DNA of 64,000 nucleotides from an uncultured Pseudomonadota bacterium (lineage in GTDB: Bacteria > Pseudomonadota > Alphaproteobacteria > JACZXZ01). Location of the stretch: NCBI GenBank assembly GCA_963749075.1, contig CAVVLJ010000020.1:352001-416000 (forward strand), in the 5' to 3' direction. The notes below the pieces were generated by a model. It was given only the letters and a program-made list of their open reading frames with translations, ran no database searches and was not told the origin of the DNA. A program made the translations under genes and the position numbers. Position 1 is the first letter of the stretch, and the number at the start of each line of letters is the position of its first letter. Below are positions 39,730 to 48,446 of the stretch, one piece after another.

Positions 39730-39917
39730 GCCGCCCCCTTTCCCGCGCCGCTCGTTGTGTCTGCAGTTTATTTTATTGTCCGCGACCTTGTCTCAATTCG
39801 CCGCGGATTTCAAGCGTCGCGTCGCCGGCTCCGGACGGGGGCCGCTGCGGCGCCGGCCGCTCAGCCGCGAATTCATCCAGGCCGCGAACTTTACTCTTGC
39901 GCACCGGCCAAATTGGC

Positions 39918-40030
39918 GTAGAAGAAAGGTCGACGCATACGCACGTGCCGCTGGCCCTCTGTGGTTATGCAACGACGGTCGCGTCTCTTTTGGCAACCCC
40001 GGCGCCGCGCCGGATCCGAGAGGGAGCAAT
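39918..40030 (+). promoter_or_regulatory. speF-leader-like cis-regulatory RNA
   Basis: GCACGTGCC...TGTGGTT...GCAACGACGGTCG...TTTTGG blocks directly upstream of an ornithine decarboxylase, resembling the alphaproteobacterial speF motif from recall. Confidence 0.55.
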
Positions 40031-40032
40031 CG

Positions 40033-41397
40033 ATGTTCGTAGCCAATAAGGGTGGCCCGGCCACCCGTCGTCGGATTTCCTCGTCTTCTCCGGCCGCCGC
40101 CGCGGCAGAGCGTCTGGATGCCCAGGCGGTTCCTGCGCGCGGGCGCGATGGCGTGCGGCTTGCCGGTGCGGCGCTGGCGCCGGAGCCGTCCCGCGCGCGC
40201 GCGCCGCACAAGCGCAAGGGCAAGCCGCGCCTTCGCGTCGTCGGCGCCGAGGTCGCGCGCGGCGACGTAACACCCAAGACCGCCGAGTTCCTCGCCACGG
40301 CGCGGCCGGCGACGCCCTGCCTCGTCGTCGATCTCGACGTGGTCGAGCAGAGCTATCTGGCGCTCGCCCGCTCGCTCGAGCCGGCGCAGATGTTCTATTC
40401 GGTCAAGGCGAACCCGGCGCCCGAGGTGCTGCGCCTGCTGGCGCGCAACGGCTCGGCCTTCGATGCGGCGAGCCTCGGCGAGATCGAGCTCTGCCTGGCG
40501 CTCGGCATCGATCCCGCGCGGCTCTCCTTCGGCAACACGATCAAGAAGCAGGCCGACATCGCCTTCGCCTTCGAGAAGGGCGTCCGCCTCTTCGCCTTCG
40601 ATGCGGAGAGCGAGGTCAAGAAGCTCGCCGCGGCGGCACCCGGGGCGCGCGTCTTCTGCCGCGTGCTGGTGGACAACGAGGGGGCGGAATGGCCGCTCTC
40701 GCGCAAGTTCGGCTGCGCACCCGGCATGGCGGGCGAGCTCATGCTCGCCGCCCGCTCGCTCGGGCTCGATGCCTGCGGCTTCTCCTTCCACGTCGGCTCC
40801 CAGCAGACCGACGTGGCGCAGTGGGACAAGGTGCTCGAGAAGGTCGCCCGCCTCTATCGCGAGGTGCGCGCGCGCGGGGTCGACCTCCGCCTGATCAATC
40901 TCGGCGGCGGCTTCCCGAGCCGCTATCAGCAGGACGTGCCCTCGGTCGAGGCCTATGGCGCCGCGGTGATCGCGGCGGCGCGCAAGCATTTCGGCGAGCC
41001 GTTGCCCGAGCTCATCGTCGAGCCGGGCCGCGGCGTGGTGGGCGACGCCGGCGTCATCGAGAGCGAGGTGGTGCTGATCTCGACCAAGGACGTGGGCGAG
41101 CAGACGCGCTGGGTCTACCTCGACGTCGGCAAGTTCTCCGGCCTCGCCGAGACCATGGACGAGGCGATCAAGTACCGTCTCTCGACCCCGCACGACGGCG
41201 GGCCAACCGGACCCGTGGTGCTGGCCGGTCCCACCTGCGACAGCGTCGACATCCTTTACGAGAAGGCCGGCTACCGCCTGCCGTTAGCGCTCAAGGAGGG
41301 CGACAAGGTGCACATCCTCTCCTGCGGCGCCTACACGACGACCTACTCGTCGATCGGCTTCAACGGCTTCCCGCCGCTCAAGACCTATTATCTCTGA
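40033..41397 (+). CDS. type III PLP-dependent ornithine/lysine decarboxylase
   Basis: FYSVKANP, FDAASLGE, WPLSRKFGC, SFHVGSQ, NLGGGFP, VEPGRG, GPTCDS, GAYT. Confidence 0.92.
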   Translation: MFVANKGGPATRRRISSSSPAAAAAERLDAQAVPARGRDGVRLAGAALAPEPSRARAPHKRKGKPRLRVVGAEVARGDVTPKTAEFLATARPATPCLVVDLDVVEQSYLALARSLEPAQMFYSVKANPAPEVLRLLARNGSAFDAASLGEIELCLALGIDPARLSFGNTIKKQADIAFAFEKGVRLFAFDAESEVKKLAAAAPGARVFCRVLVDNEGAEWPLSRKFGCAPGMAGELMLAARSLGLDACGFSFHVGSQQTDVAQWDKVLEKVARLYREVRARGVDLRLINLGGGFPSRYQQDVPSVEAYGAAVIAAARKHFGEPLPELIVEPGRGVVGDAGVIESEVVLISTKDVGEQTRWVYLDVGKFSGLAETMDEAIKYRLSTPHDGGPTGPVVLAGPTCDSVDILYEKAGYRLPLALKEGDKVHILSCGAYTTTYSSIGFNGFPPLKTYYL

Positions 41398-41514
41398 CGC
41401 CGCAAGGCGGGCCGCGGCAGCAGGGCCCGCTGCGCGCGGAAAAGAGCGCGGAGGCCGGTCGGCCGTGTGCGGTGAGTTCCGGCCTCCGCGCCGGGGAGAG
41501 CCCTCTGGACTCTA

Positions 41515-41618
41515 GGTTCCTCGCGTCGCTCCGCTCAGGCGGTTCCTCGCGTCGCTCCGCTCAGGCGGTTCCTCGCGTCGCTCCGCTCAGGCGGTTCCTC
41601 GCGTCGCTCCGCTCGGGC
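41515..41618. repeat. tandem repeat, 4 x 26 bp
   Basis: GGTTCCTCGCGTCGCTCCGCTCAGGC x4 (one mismatch in the last copy), no spacers. Confidence 0.92.
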
Positions 41619-42137
41619 GCGTGCCTGATGCGGGCGGGCATCGCCGCGCGGCTCTCTTGCCGTCAAGGTGTAGGGACCTCTGCGCTCGTCGAGCTTGGCT
41701 AAGAGCTGAGCGGGGCCGGCGATCGCATCGCTCCAGGCGTGGGCGGCGGTAAGCTTCAGGCCGCGGCAGAGCGGGCCCCAGCCCTGGTCGCGCAGCCGTC
41801 CCTCGATCTTGTCGAGGATGTGGCGCGCGAGGACCTGCTCCGCGTCCGCGCCGAGGCTGTGGGGCCCGAGGTAGAGCAGTCCGATGCGGCCGTCGGGCAG
41901 GCGGCCGACGACGCCGAGCGGTGAGAGCGCTTCGCCGACGGCATCGTTGGCCTCGACCAGGCCGCGCGCGGGCAGCTCGACGGCAAAGAGCGTCAGCGGA
42001 ACATGGCTCTGCCGCAGCAGGCGGAGGCTGTAGGCCATGCTGGCCTCGAAGGCGTGGCGGGGCCAGAGGCGGCGCGCCTTCTCCTCCGGCGCGCTGCTGC
42101 CGGCGGCCACGGCCCTGGCCTTGGAGAAAAGCGACAT
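41535..42137 (-). CDS. hypothetical protein with degenerate GGDEF-like fold
   Basis: LWPRHAF...PLTLFAVEL...DAVGEAL...VVGRLPDGRIGLL parallels the GGDEF topology without catalytic residues. The C-terminus runs into the tandem repeat. Confidence 0.5.
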   Translation of the reverse strand: MSLFSKARAVAAGSSAPEEKARRLWPRHAFEASMAYSLRLLRQSHVPLTLFAVELPARGLVEANDAVGEALSPLGVVGRLPDGRIGLLYLGPHSLGADAEQVLARHILDKIEGRLRDQGWGPLCRGLKLTAAHAWSDAIAGPAQLLAKLDERRGPYTLTAREPRGDARPHQARARAERREEPPERSDARNRLSGATRGTA

Positions 42138-42456
42138 GCTGCCGGCTCCGCTGATATCCTTGGGCCGAAATCGTTGCGCTTGACCGGGCGGCTCGCCGCA
42201 TCCGGTCCGTCATATTCAGGTAATTAGTGGAATTGCATGGGTCGGGAGGGCGACAATATTAAGACAATAAGTGGACGACCCCCGCTATCGGTTGTGGGGC
42301 CGGGGCGGGCAGCGAGCCGGCGTGCATGAGCGGGAGCGCACTGATCCGAGCGTGCCTTGCCGCGGCTCTTGCGAACACCCAAATGCGCCCTATGATGGGG
42401 ACGGATTGCGGCGGGCGTCTTTCCCGCCGCTGCGAGAAAGAAAAATGGAGGACGAG

Positions 42457-42813
42457 ATGATCAGCAAGATGATCGGCGCGGCCCTCGTCGCCCTGCTGTT
42501 CACGGGTCCGATGGCATTCGAGGCGTTCGCGCAGTCTTCCGGCGGCACAACGAGCGAGACCACGGCCCCGGCGAAGCCGAAGCCGCCTGTCAAGGCGCAT
42601 GCGGCGGCCAAGGCCAAGCCTAAGGCCATGCCGGAGGAGAGCGCCTCGACCGCGGGGCTCGATTACCCGCCGTGCTCCCGGGCGGTCAAGGACCACTGCA
42701 TCCAGCTTTGGCAGCGCAACCTCGCCAAGGCCTATCCGCAGTGCTCCTCCGTGAAGGGTGCCGACCGCCGGGCTGCCTGCATCGAGGATGCCTACAAGCA
42801 GACCAAGAGCTAG
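42457..42813 (+). CDS. small secreted protein with four cysteines
   Basis: GGAGGA RBS, signal peptide ending AFA, Pro/Lys/Ala linker, YPPCSRAVKDHCIQ and YPQC...RAACI. Confidence 0.7.
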   Translation: MISKMIGAALVALLFTGPMAFEAFAQSSGGTTSETTAPAKPKPPVKAHAAAKAKPKAMPEESASTAGLDYPPCSRAVKDHCIQLWQRNLAKAYPQCSSVKGADRRAACIEDAYKQTKS

Positions 42814-42931
42814 GCCGGGAAGGTCCGTCCCTCTGGGGCGCGGTGCGATCGGCCGGCGTCCGACGTTCGCATCGCCCGAGCGCTCGCCGTAGCCTTGGTC
42901 CGGCGGCCACAGCGGCCTCCTTGCTGCGAGG

Positions 42932-43396
42932 ATGATGCGAGAGCTGCGTGCCATAATGCTGCTGACGGCCGTTGCCTTGGCAGGCTGCGTAGCACCGCCT
43001 GCGCAGGAGCGGCGCGCCGCCGATGCGGCGTCGCCGAGCCGGAAAGATGCGGTCGCCGCCATCGCTCAGGCCCCGAGACAGCAGGCCGCCCTGCCCCCTG
43101 TCCCCGTGCCTCCGCCGCGCGAGCGGCAAGCCGGCGTGGTAGCACCCGAGCGCCTGGTCGGGCTCGGCGAAGCGGATGTGCGGGCGCTCATCGGCGAGCC
43201 GGCGAGCGTGCGCGAGGAGGCGCCGGCGCTGGTGTGGCGCTATGCCTCGGCCGGCTGCGGGCTCGAGGTGTTCTTCTACATGGACCTGGCGAGCCAGACC
43301 TTCCGCGCGCTCAGCTACGAGCTCAAGCCCAAGGTGCCGCACGGGCTTGCCGGCAGCGCCTGCCTCGCCTCCTTGCACCCGGCCGCTCATGACTGA
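42932..43396 (+). CDS. putative lipoprotein
   Basis: Lipobox LAGC, LVGLGEADVRALIGEP, VWRY...CGLEVFFY. Overlaps the response regulator start. Confidence 0.72.
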   Translation: MMRELRAIMLLTAVALAGCVAPPAQERRAADAASPSRKDAVAAIAQAPRQQAALPPVPVPPPRERQAGVVAPERLVGLGEADVRALIGEPASVREEAPALVWRYASAGCGLEVFFYMDLASQTFRALSYELKPKVPHGLAGSACLASLHPAAHD

Positions 43397-44156
43397 CGCC
43401 GAGGGGCCGGCGCGGGCGCGCGTCGTGCTGGTCGACGACGACGATCTCTTCCGCGAATCCCTCGGCCAGAACCTCGGCGACGCCGGCTTCGAGGTGCGCG
43501 ATTTCCCCTCCGCCGAGGCGGCGCTCGCGCATCTCCTCGACGGCGAGAGCGACGACATCGTGCTGCTCGACTGGAAGATGCCGGGGATGAACGGCATCGA
43601 GCTCTTGCGCCGCATGCGCCAGGCGGGCCTCGAGGCGCCGGTCATCTTCCTCACCGTGCTCAACGACCAGATCTACGAGGAGGCGGCGCTGCAGGGCGGT
43701 GCGGTGGATTTCGTCGAGAAATCGCGCAGCTTCGCGATCCTGCTGCGGCGCATGAACCTGATCCTTGCCGGGCGCAAGGGCGGCGACGCCGCCCAGGCGG
43801 GCGAGGCTGGGCCGCGCCCGGCGGTCTTCCGGCGCGGCGCCCTCGAGCTCAGGCGCGAGACGAGCCGCGTCTTCTGGAACGGCTCGGAAGTGCCGCTCTC
43901 CGTCACCGAGTTCAAGATGGTCGATCTCCTCGCCACGCGCGCCGGCCGCGACGTGCGCTACCGCGATCTCTACGACCTGGTGCACGGCTCCGGCTTCGTC
44001 GCCGGCTACGGCAGCGAGGGCTATCGCTCGAACGTGCGCGCCTTCGTCAAGCGCATCCGCCAGAAGTTCCGCGACGCGGATGCCGCCTTCGACGAGATCG
44101 AGAACTATTCGGGCTTCGGCTACCGCTGGCGCGAGGGAGAGAGCGGGAATTCATAG
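43389..44156 (+). CDS. OmpR-family response regulator (ChvI-like)
   Basis: VLVDDDDL, LLDWKMPGMNG, VIFLT, GAVDFVEK, LSVTEF, VKRIRQKFR, YSGFGYRW. Confidence 0.9.
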   Translation: MTDAEGPARARVVLVDDDDLFRESLGQNLGDAGFEVRDFPSAEAALAHLLDGESDDIVLLDWKMPGMNGIELLRRMRQAGLEAPVIFLTVLNDQIYEEAALQGGAVDFVEKSRSFAILLRRMNLILAGRKGGDAAQAGEAGPRPAVFRRGALELRRETSRVFWNGSEVPLSVTEFKMVDLLATRAGRDVRYRDLYDLVHGSGFVAGYGSEGYRSNVRAFVKRIRQKFRDADAAFDEIENYSGFGYRWREGESGNS

Positions 44157-44160
44157 GGCA

Positions 44161-45699
44161 ATGGGCGGCCTCGACCGGATCATGCGCTCGTTCGCTGCGA
44201 AGATCCTCGTTCTCGCCGCGATTTTCATCGCCGTGCCCGTCATCCTCTACCAGGAGTTCAAGGCGGCCGACGCGGAGAAGAACCGCCTCTTGTTCGAGAG
44301 CGTCGAGGCGCAGGGGCGGCTCGCGGCCGAGGCGTTGCGCCCCCTCGTCGCCAGCACCGACGCGCAGGCCATGCGCACGATCGCCGAGACGGTGGCGCGG
44401 CTCGGCGATTCCGGCTCCAACATCAAGCTGCTCTATCGCCCCGCGGGCGGCCCCTCGAGCCAGTCGTTCTTCTACGTGGCCTCCTCGCCGGCCGTCTCGG
44501 CTCAGTACCTCGACGAGGAGCGCCAGGATCTGCTGAACGCCGGCGTGCTCGACCGCCTCAAGGATTCCTGCGAGGAGGTGCGCTCGCTCGGCGTGCGCTA
44601 CACCAATCCGGCGGGCGGGCACGAGCTCCTCACCTCGATCACGCCCATCCGGGCCGCGAGCGGCTGCTGGGTGGTCATCACCTCCAACCGCACGGCGGAA
44701 TTCCTCGGCTCCTCGCTCGGCCAGCCCTATTGGCAGACCGATGCCGTGCGGCTCGCCGCGGCGATCTATCTGGCCATGGCGGCCCTCGTCGCGGTGCTCT
44801 TCGTCGAGGCGAGCCTGAGCCTGCGCCGCTTCGGACGGCTGGCGCGCGACTTGCGCACGGGACGCGAGCAGCGCGGCTCCTTCGCCTCGCTCAACCGCAT
44901 TCCCGAGCTCGCGGGCGTGGCCGAGGAGTTCGACCGCCTGGTCGCCACGCTGCGCTCCTCGTCCCAGGCCCTGCGCTTCGCCGCCCAGGAGATGGCGCAC
45001 GCGTTCAAGACGCCGCTCGGCATCATCGCCCAGAGCCTCGAGCCGCTCAGCCGCGGCCTCGCCGGCGAGGACGCGCGCGCTCGCCGCGCCGTCGAGCTCA
45101 TCGGCAAGTCGCTCGAGCGCCTCGACAGCCTGGTCGCCACCTCGCGCCGCCTGGACGAGGCGATCGCCGATTCGATCAACCCGCCGCGCGAGCGCGTGCC
45201 GCTCTCCGATCTCGTGGGCGAGATCGCCGGCGAGTATCGCGAGGCCCACGAGGAAGGCGGGGCGCGCTTTACCGTGGACATCGAGCGCGGCATCGCGGTG
45301 ACCGGCGCGCCGGATCTCCTCGAGATCGTCATGCAGAACCTGCTCGACAACGCGCTCAGCTTCAGCCCGCCGCAAGGCGAGATCATGGTGAGCCTGCGCG
45401 CGCGGGGCGGCGTGGCCGAACTTGCGGTCGCCGACCGCGGCCCGGGGGTGCCGGCCGACAAGATCGAGCGCATCTTCGAGCGCTTCGTCTCGCTGCGCGC
45501 GAGCGAGCCTTTGGCAAGCGGGACCGGAGAGCACGCCGCGGGCGGGCGGCGCGGCGGCGCCCACCTCGGCCTCGGGCTCTGGGTCGTGCGCCGCAACGTC
45601 GAGGCGATGGGCGGCGTCGTCGCCGCCGAGAACCGCGCGCAAGGCGGCTTCCGGGTCATCGTGGCCCTGCCGCTCGCGCGCTCGCGGCGGGCTCCTTGA
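44161..45699 (+). CDS. membrane sensor histidine kinase (ChvG-like C-terminus)
   Basis: Two TM helices, EMAHAFKTPL H-box, NLLDNALSF, DRGPGV, IFERF, HLGLGLWVV. Confidence 0.9.
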   Translation: MGGLDRIMRSFAAKILVLAAIFIAVPVILYQEFKAADAEKNRLLFESVEAQGRLAAEALRPLVASTDAQAMRTIAETVARLGDSGSNIKLLYRPAGGPSSQSFFYVASSPAVSAQYLDEERQDLLNAGVLDRLKDSCEEVRSLGVRYTNPAGGHELLTSITPIRAASGCWVVITSNRTAEFLGSSLGQPYWQTDAVRLAAAIYLAMAALVAVLFVEASLSLRRFGRLARDLRTGREQRGSFASLNRIPELAGVAEEFDRLVATLRSSSQALRFAAQEMAHAFKTPLGIIAQSLEPLSRGLAGEDARARRAVELIGKSLERLDSLVATSRRLDEAIADSINPPRERVPLSDLVGEIAGEYREAHEEGGARFTVDIERGIAVTGAPDLLEIVMQNLLDNALSFSPPQGEIMVSLRARGGVAELAVADRGPGVPADKIERIFERFVSLRASEPLASGTGEHAAGGRRGGAHLGLGLWVVRRNVEAMGGVVAAENRAQGGFRVIVALPLARSRRAP

Positions 45700-45799
45700 G
45701 GACCCGGCCGCGGCATGCCGGGCCAGGCCCGAGCGGGTGCGCGCGGCCCTGTGACGGCGGTCACTGATTTCCCTTGCCGGGTGCAGTAGGTAGAAAGCC

Positions 45800-45911
45800 G
45801 GATTGCTCGCTTACGGCCGTACCCATGCGGCGCCAGCAAGTGGAGCGATCTGGAACCGTCCATCCTCCTGTGGCACTTGGGGCCGGACATCGCGTCCGGC
45901 CCCCTTTTTTT
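45800..45911 (+). ncRNA. candidate small RNA with anti-SD motif and intrinsic terminator
   Basis: 5' stem GATTGCTC...GAGCGATC, unpaired CATCCTCCT, then a terminator hairpin and T7. Confidence 0.4.
45879..45911 (+). terminator. Rho-independent terminator
   Basis: GGGGCCGGAC-ATCGC-GTCCGGCCCC followed by CTTTTTTT. Confidence 0.85.
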
Positions 45912-45935
45912 GCCCGCCTGCCGCCGCGGCGGCGC

Positions 45936-46523
45936 TCACTTGCACTTGTCGGCGGCGGTGCCGACCCAGGCCCGGCGCGTCCCCTCGCGGAAGCAGCCGG
46001 CGGCCCAGCTGCCCGTATAGCTCTCGCCGCCGGCCTGCCGGTAGGTGCCGCGGCCCTCCGCGCGGCCATCCTTCCAGCCCCCTTCGTAGCGGCTGCCGTC
46101 CGCCCACAGATAGACGCCCTGGCCGCTCCTCAGCCCCTGGCGCCACTCGCCGTCGTAGCGGTCGCCGCTGGCCCAGGCGAAGAAGCCGTGGCCGCTCTCG
46201 GCGTCGTTGCTGAGCTCGCCCCAGTAGCGGTCGCCGTTGGCCCAGCCGTAGGCGCCATGCCCGTCGTAATGGCCGGCCTTGAGGTCTCCTTCGTAGCGGC
46301 CCTCGCGGCGGCCGTCCTCGTACCACTCGAGGACGCCGTGGCCTGCCGCCACGCCGCGGACGCAAGGCCCGCTCCAGCTCAAGGTGAGGGTGGCGCGCGG
46401 ATGCTGGCGCCACACCCGGCAGCCCTTGGCGTCGGCGACCCATCCGCCGCGCTCTGCCGCATGCGGCCCGGCAAGGCTCAGCGCGATCACGGCAGCGGCG
46501 ATGCCCAGTGCGTAGCAGCGCAT
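45936..46523 (-). CDS. secreted MORN-repeat protein
   Basis: Signal peptide. About five RY(E/D)G.W..G...G.G.Y.WA.G repeats of 23 aa. Confidence 0.85.
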   Translation of the reverse strand: MRCYALGIAAAVIALSLAGPHAAERGGWVADAKGCRVWRQHPRATLTLSWSGPCVRGVAAGHGVLEWYEDGRREGRYEGDLKAGHYDGHGAYGWANGDRYWGELSNDAESGHGFFAWASGDRYDGEWRQGLRSGQGVYLWADGSRYEGGWKDGRAEGRGTYRQAGGESYTGSWAAGCFREGTRRAWVGTAADKCK

Positions 46524-46738
46524 GCGGCGCTCCCGAAACGGCGGCCCAGGGAGCGTGGGCGCGGCTCGCTGCCGCCACAGAAGCTGCGCCGGCGCCCCTC
46601 GCGGGGCGCTGGCTTAAAATACAAGGCGCCATCGCCGGCCGCACGGCGAAATTCCACTTGCGCCCGCTGTGGAGGAGCGCTCCTCAACCCATGGCGAGAC
46701 GCTTGGCGAGCGCGGTCATGCCGCCCTTGGCCAGCCGG

Positions 46739-46777
46739 CGATTGGCGCCCACGATTGGCGCCCACGATTGGCGCCCC
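46739..46777. repeat. tandem repeat, 3 x 13 bp, in a divergent promoter region
   Basis: CGATTGGCGCCCA x2 plus CGATTGGCGCCCC. Confidence 0.85.
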
Positions 46778-46886
46778 AAACTATACTCCGCGGCCAAAGT
46801 CGTATATAAAGTTGCGTCCACCGTGCCAAGCCGGGTCCGGCGGAGGCGTTGGCGTGGGCGGCGAGACGCAAGCGGCGGTGAGGGGG

Positions 46887-48366
46887 ATGCTGGAACGGGC
46901 GGCAATGCGCAAGCCGCGTCGTGGCTTGGCGGGGGGGCGGACGCGTGTCCGGTGCGCGGCCGTGCTCCGGCGGGGTGCCTCGGGCGGCCGCCGCATGCTC
47001 GTTGCCGGCGCGTTGGCGCTCGCAGCACTGGGCCTCGGCACCGGCGCGGCGGCGGCGGCGCAGACGGGTTCGGCTCCTCAGAACGTCGCCCCAGACGCCG
47101 CCTCAGACGAAGGAAGGTCTGCAGGCGCAGTACAACGACCTCTTCCAGAAGCTGCTCAAGGACCCCACCAACGTCGATCTCACCTTCCAGTTCGCCGACG
47201 TCGCCACCAAGATCGGCAACTACGAGTCGGCGATCTCGGCGCTCGAGCGCCTGCTGCTCTATGATCCCGATTTCCCGGAGGTGAAGCTCGAGCTGGCCGA
47301 GCTCTATCTCCACATCGGCTCCTACGACGTGGCGCGGGTCTATCTCAAGCAGGCCCAGCAGGAACCGAACATGCCGCTGAAGGTCGTCGCGCGCGAGAAG
47401 GCGATCGAGGACGAGCTCAACCGCCAGTCGGCAACTTCGAGGATCACCGCCAGCGTGCTCGCGGGAGCGCGCTATCAGACCAACGCCAATGCGGGTCCGG
47501 CCGGCGCCAACATCATCGTCGGCGGCGTGCCGTCGACGCTGAGCTCGATCTTCGCGCGCAAGTCCGATTGGGACGTGTTCTTCGACGGCAACATGGAGCA
47601 CAGCTACGATCTCAGCCCGGCGAGGAACGCGAAACTCGAGACCAACGTCCTCGTCTATTACTCGAAGCAGATCCGGCTGGGGCAATTCGATTCGGCGTCC
47701 ATCGAGGTGAACTCGGGGCCGCGCTTCGATATGGGCGACGGCGAGGAAGTCTATTTCCGCACGCGGCCCTATATCCTCGCCAACGAGGTGCTGCTCGGCA
47801 ACGAGCACCTCTTCTGGACGGTCGGCGGCGGCATCGAGGTGAGCCGCCCGATCACCAAGGAGCTCAAGCTCAGCGGCAACTACGAGTTCCGCTCGGAGCA
47901 TTTCTCCTACAACGACTCGGTCGGGGGCGCCCCCGGCCTGAGCGGGGGCGTGCACGCCTTCACCCTCGGCTGGAGCTACAACGTCCTCGAGAACGGCAGC
48001 CTCTCCTTCGATACGGACTACGCGATCGACAATGCGCGGGTGGACTTCAACGCCTCGCATTCGCTCGAGTTCCGCCTCAGCTACTCGCAGAGCGTGTCGC
48101 TGCCGTGGCATTTCCCGCGCGGGCCGCTCGTGCTGACGCCCGAGGTCGACCGCATCTATGCCCACTACGACCAGCCCGACCCCGGACTGGACCCGACGCG
48201 CTCGCAGGTCACCCAGGAATGGCGCTACGGCCTCAGCACCCAGCTCGGCCTGACCGAGAGCCTGGCCGCCAGCGTGCGCGTGGTCCGCGAGTTGGTGGAT
48301 GCCAACATCCCGATCAGCAAATACAACAACTCGCAGGTGATCTTCGGCCTGCTTTGGTCCTACTGA
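46887..48366 (+). CDS. TPR + outer-membrane beta-barrel protein (Slam/DUF560-like) with apparent +1 frameshift at about 47082
   Basis: Signal peptide (LVAGALALAALGLGTGAAAAAQ) in one frame. TPR (AISALERLLLYDPDFPEVKLELAELY), amphipathic beta-strands and C-terminal aromatic beta-signal (FGLLWSY) in the +1 frame. Confidence 0.75.
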
Positions 48367-48446
48367 GCGGCGGGCGAGGCCGCCCGCGTCGCGTCTCCGC
48401 CCCGCTCGGCCGCGGCGGGTTTGACGCGCTCCACCCGGATCGAGCG

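Noticed and set aside
41515-41618. CRISPR array
   Set aside because: The 26-bp units are directly adjacent with no spacers, and there are no cas genes.
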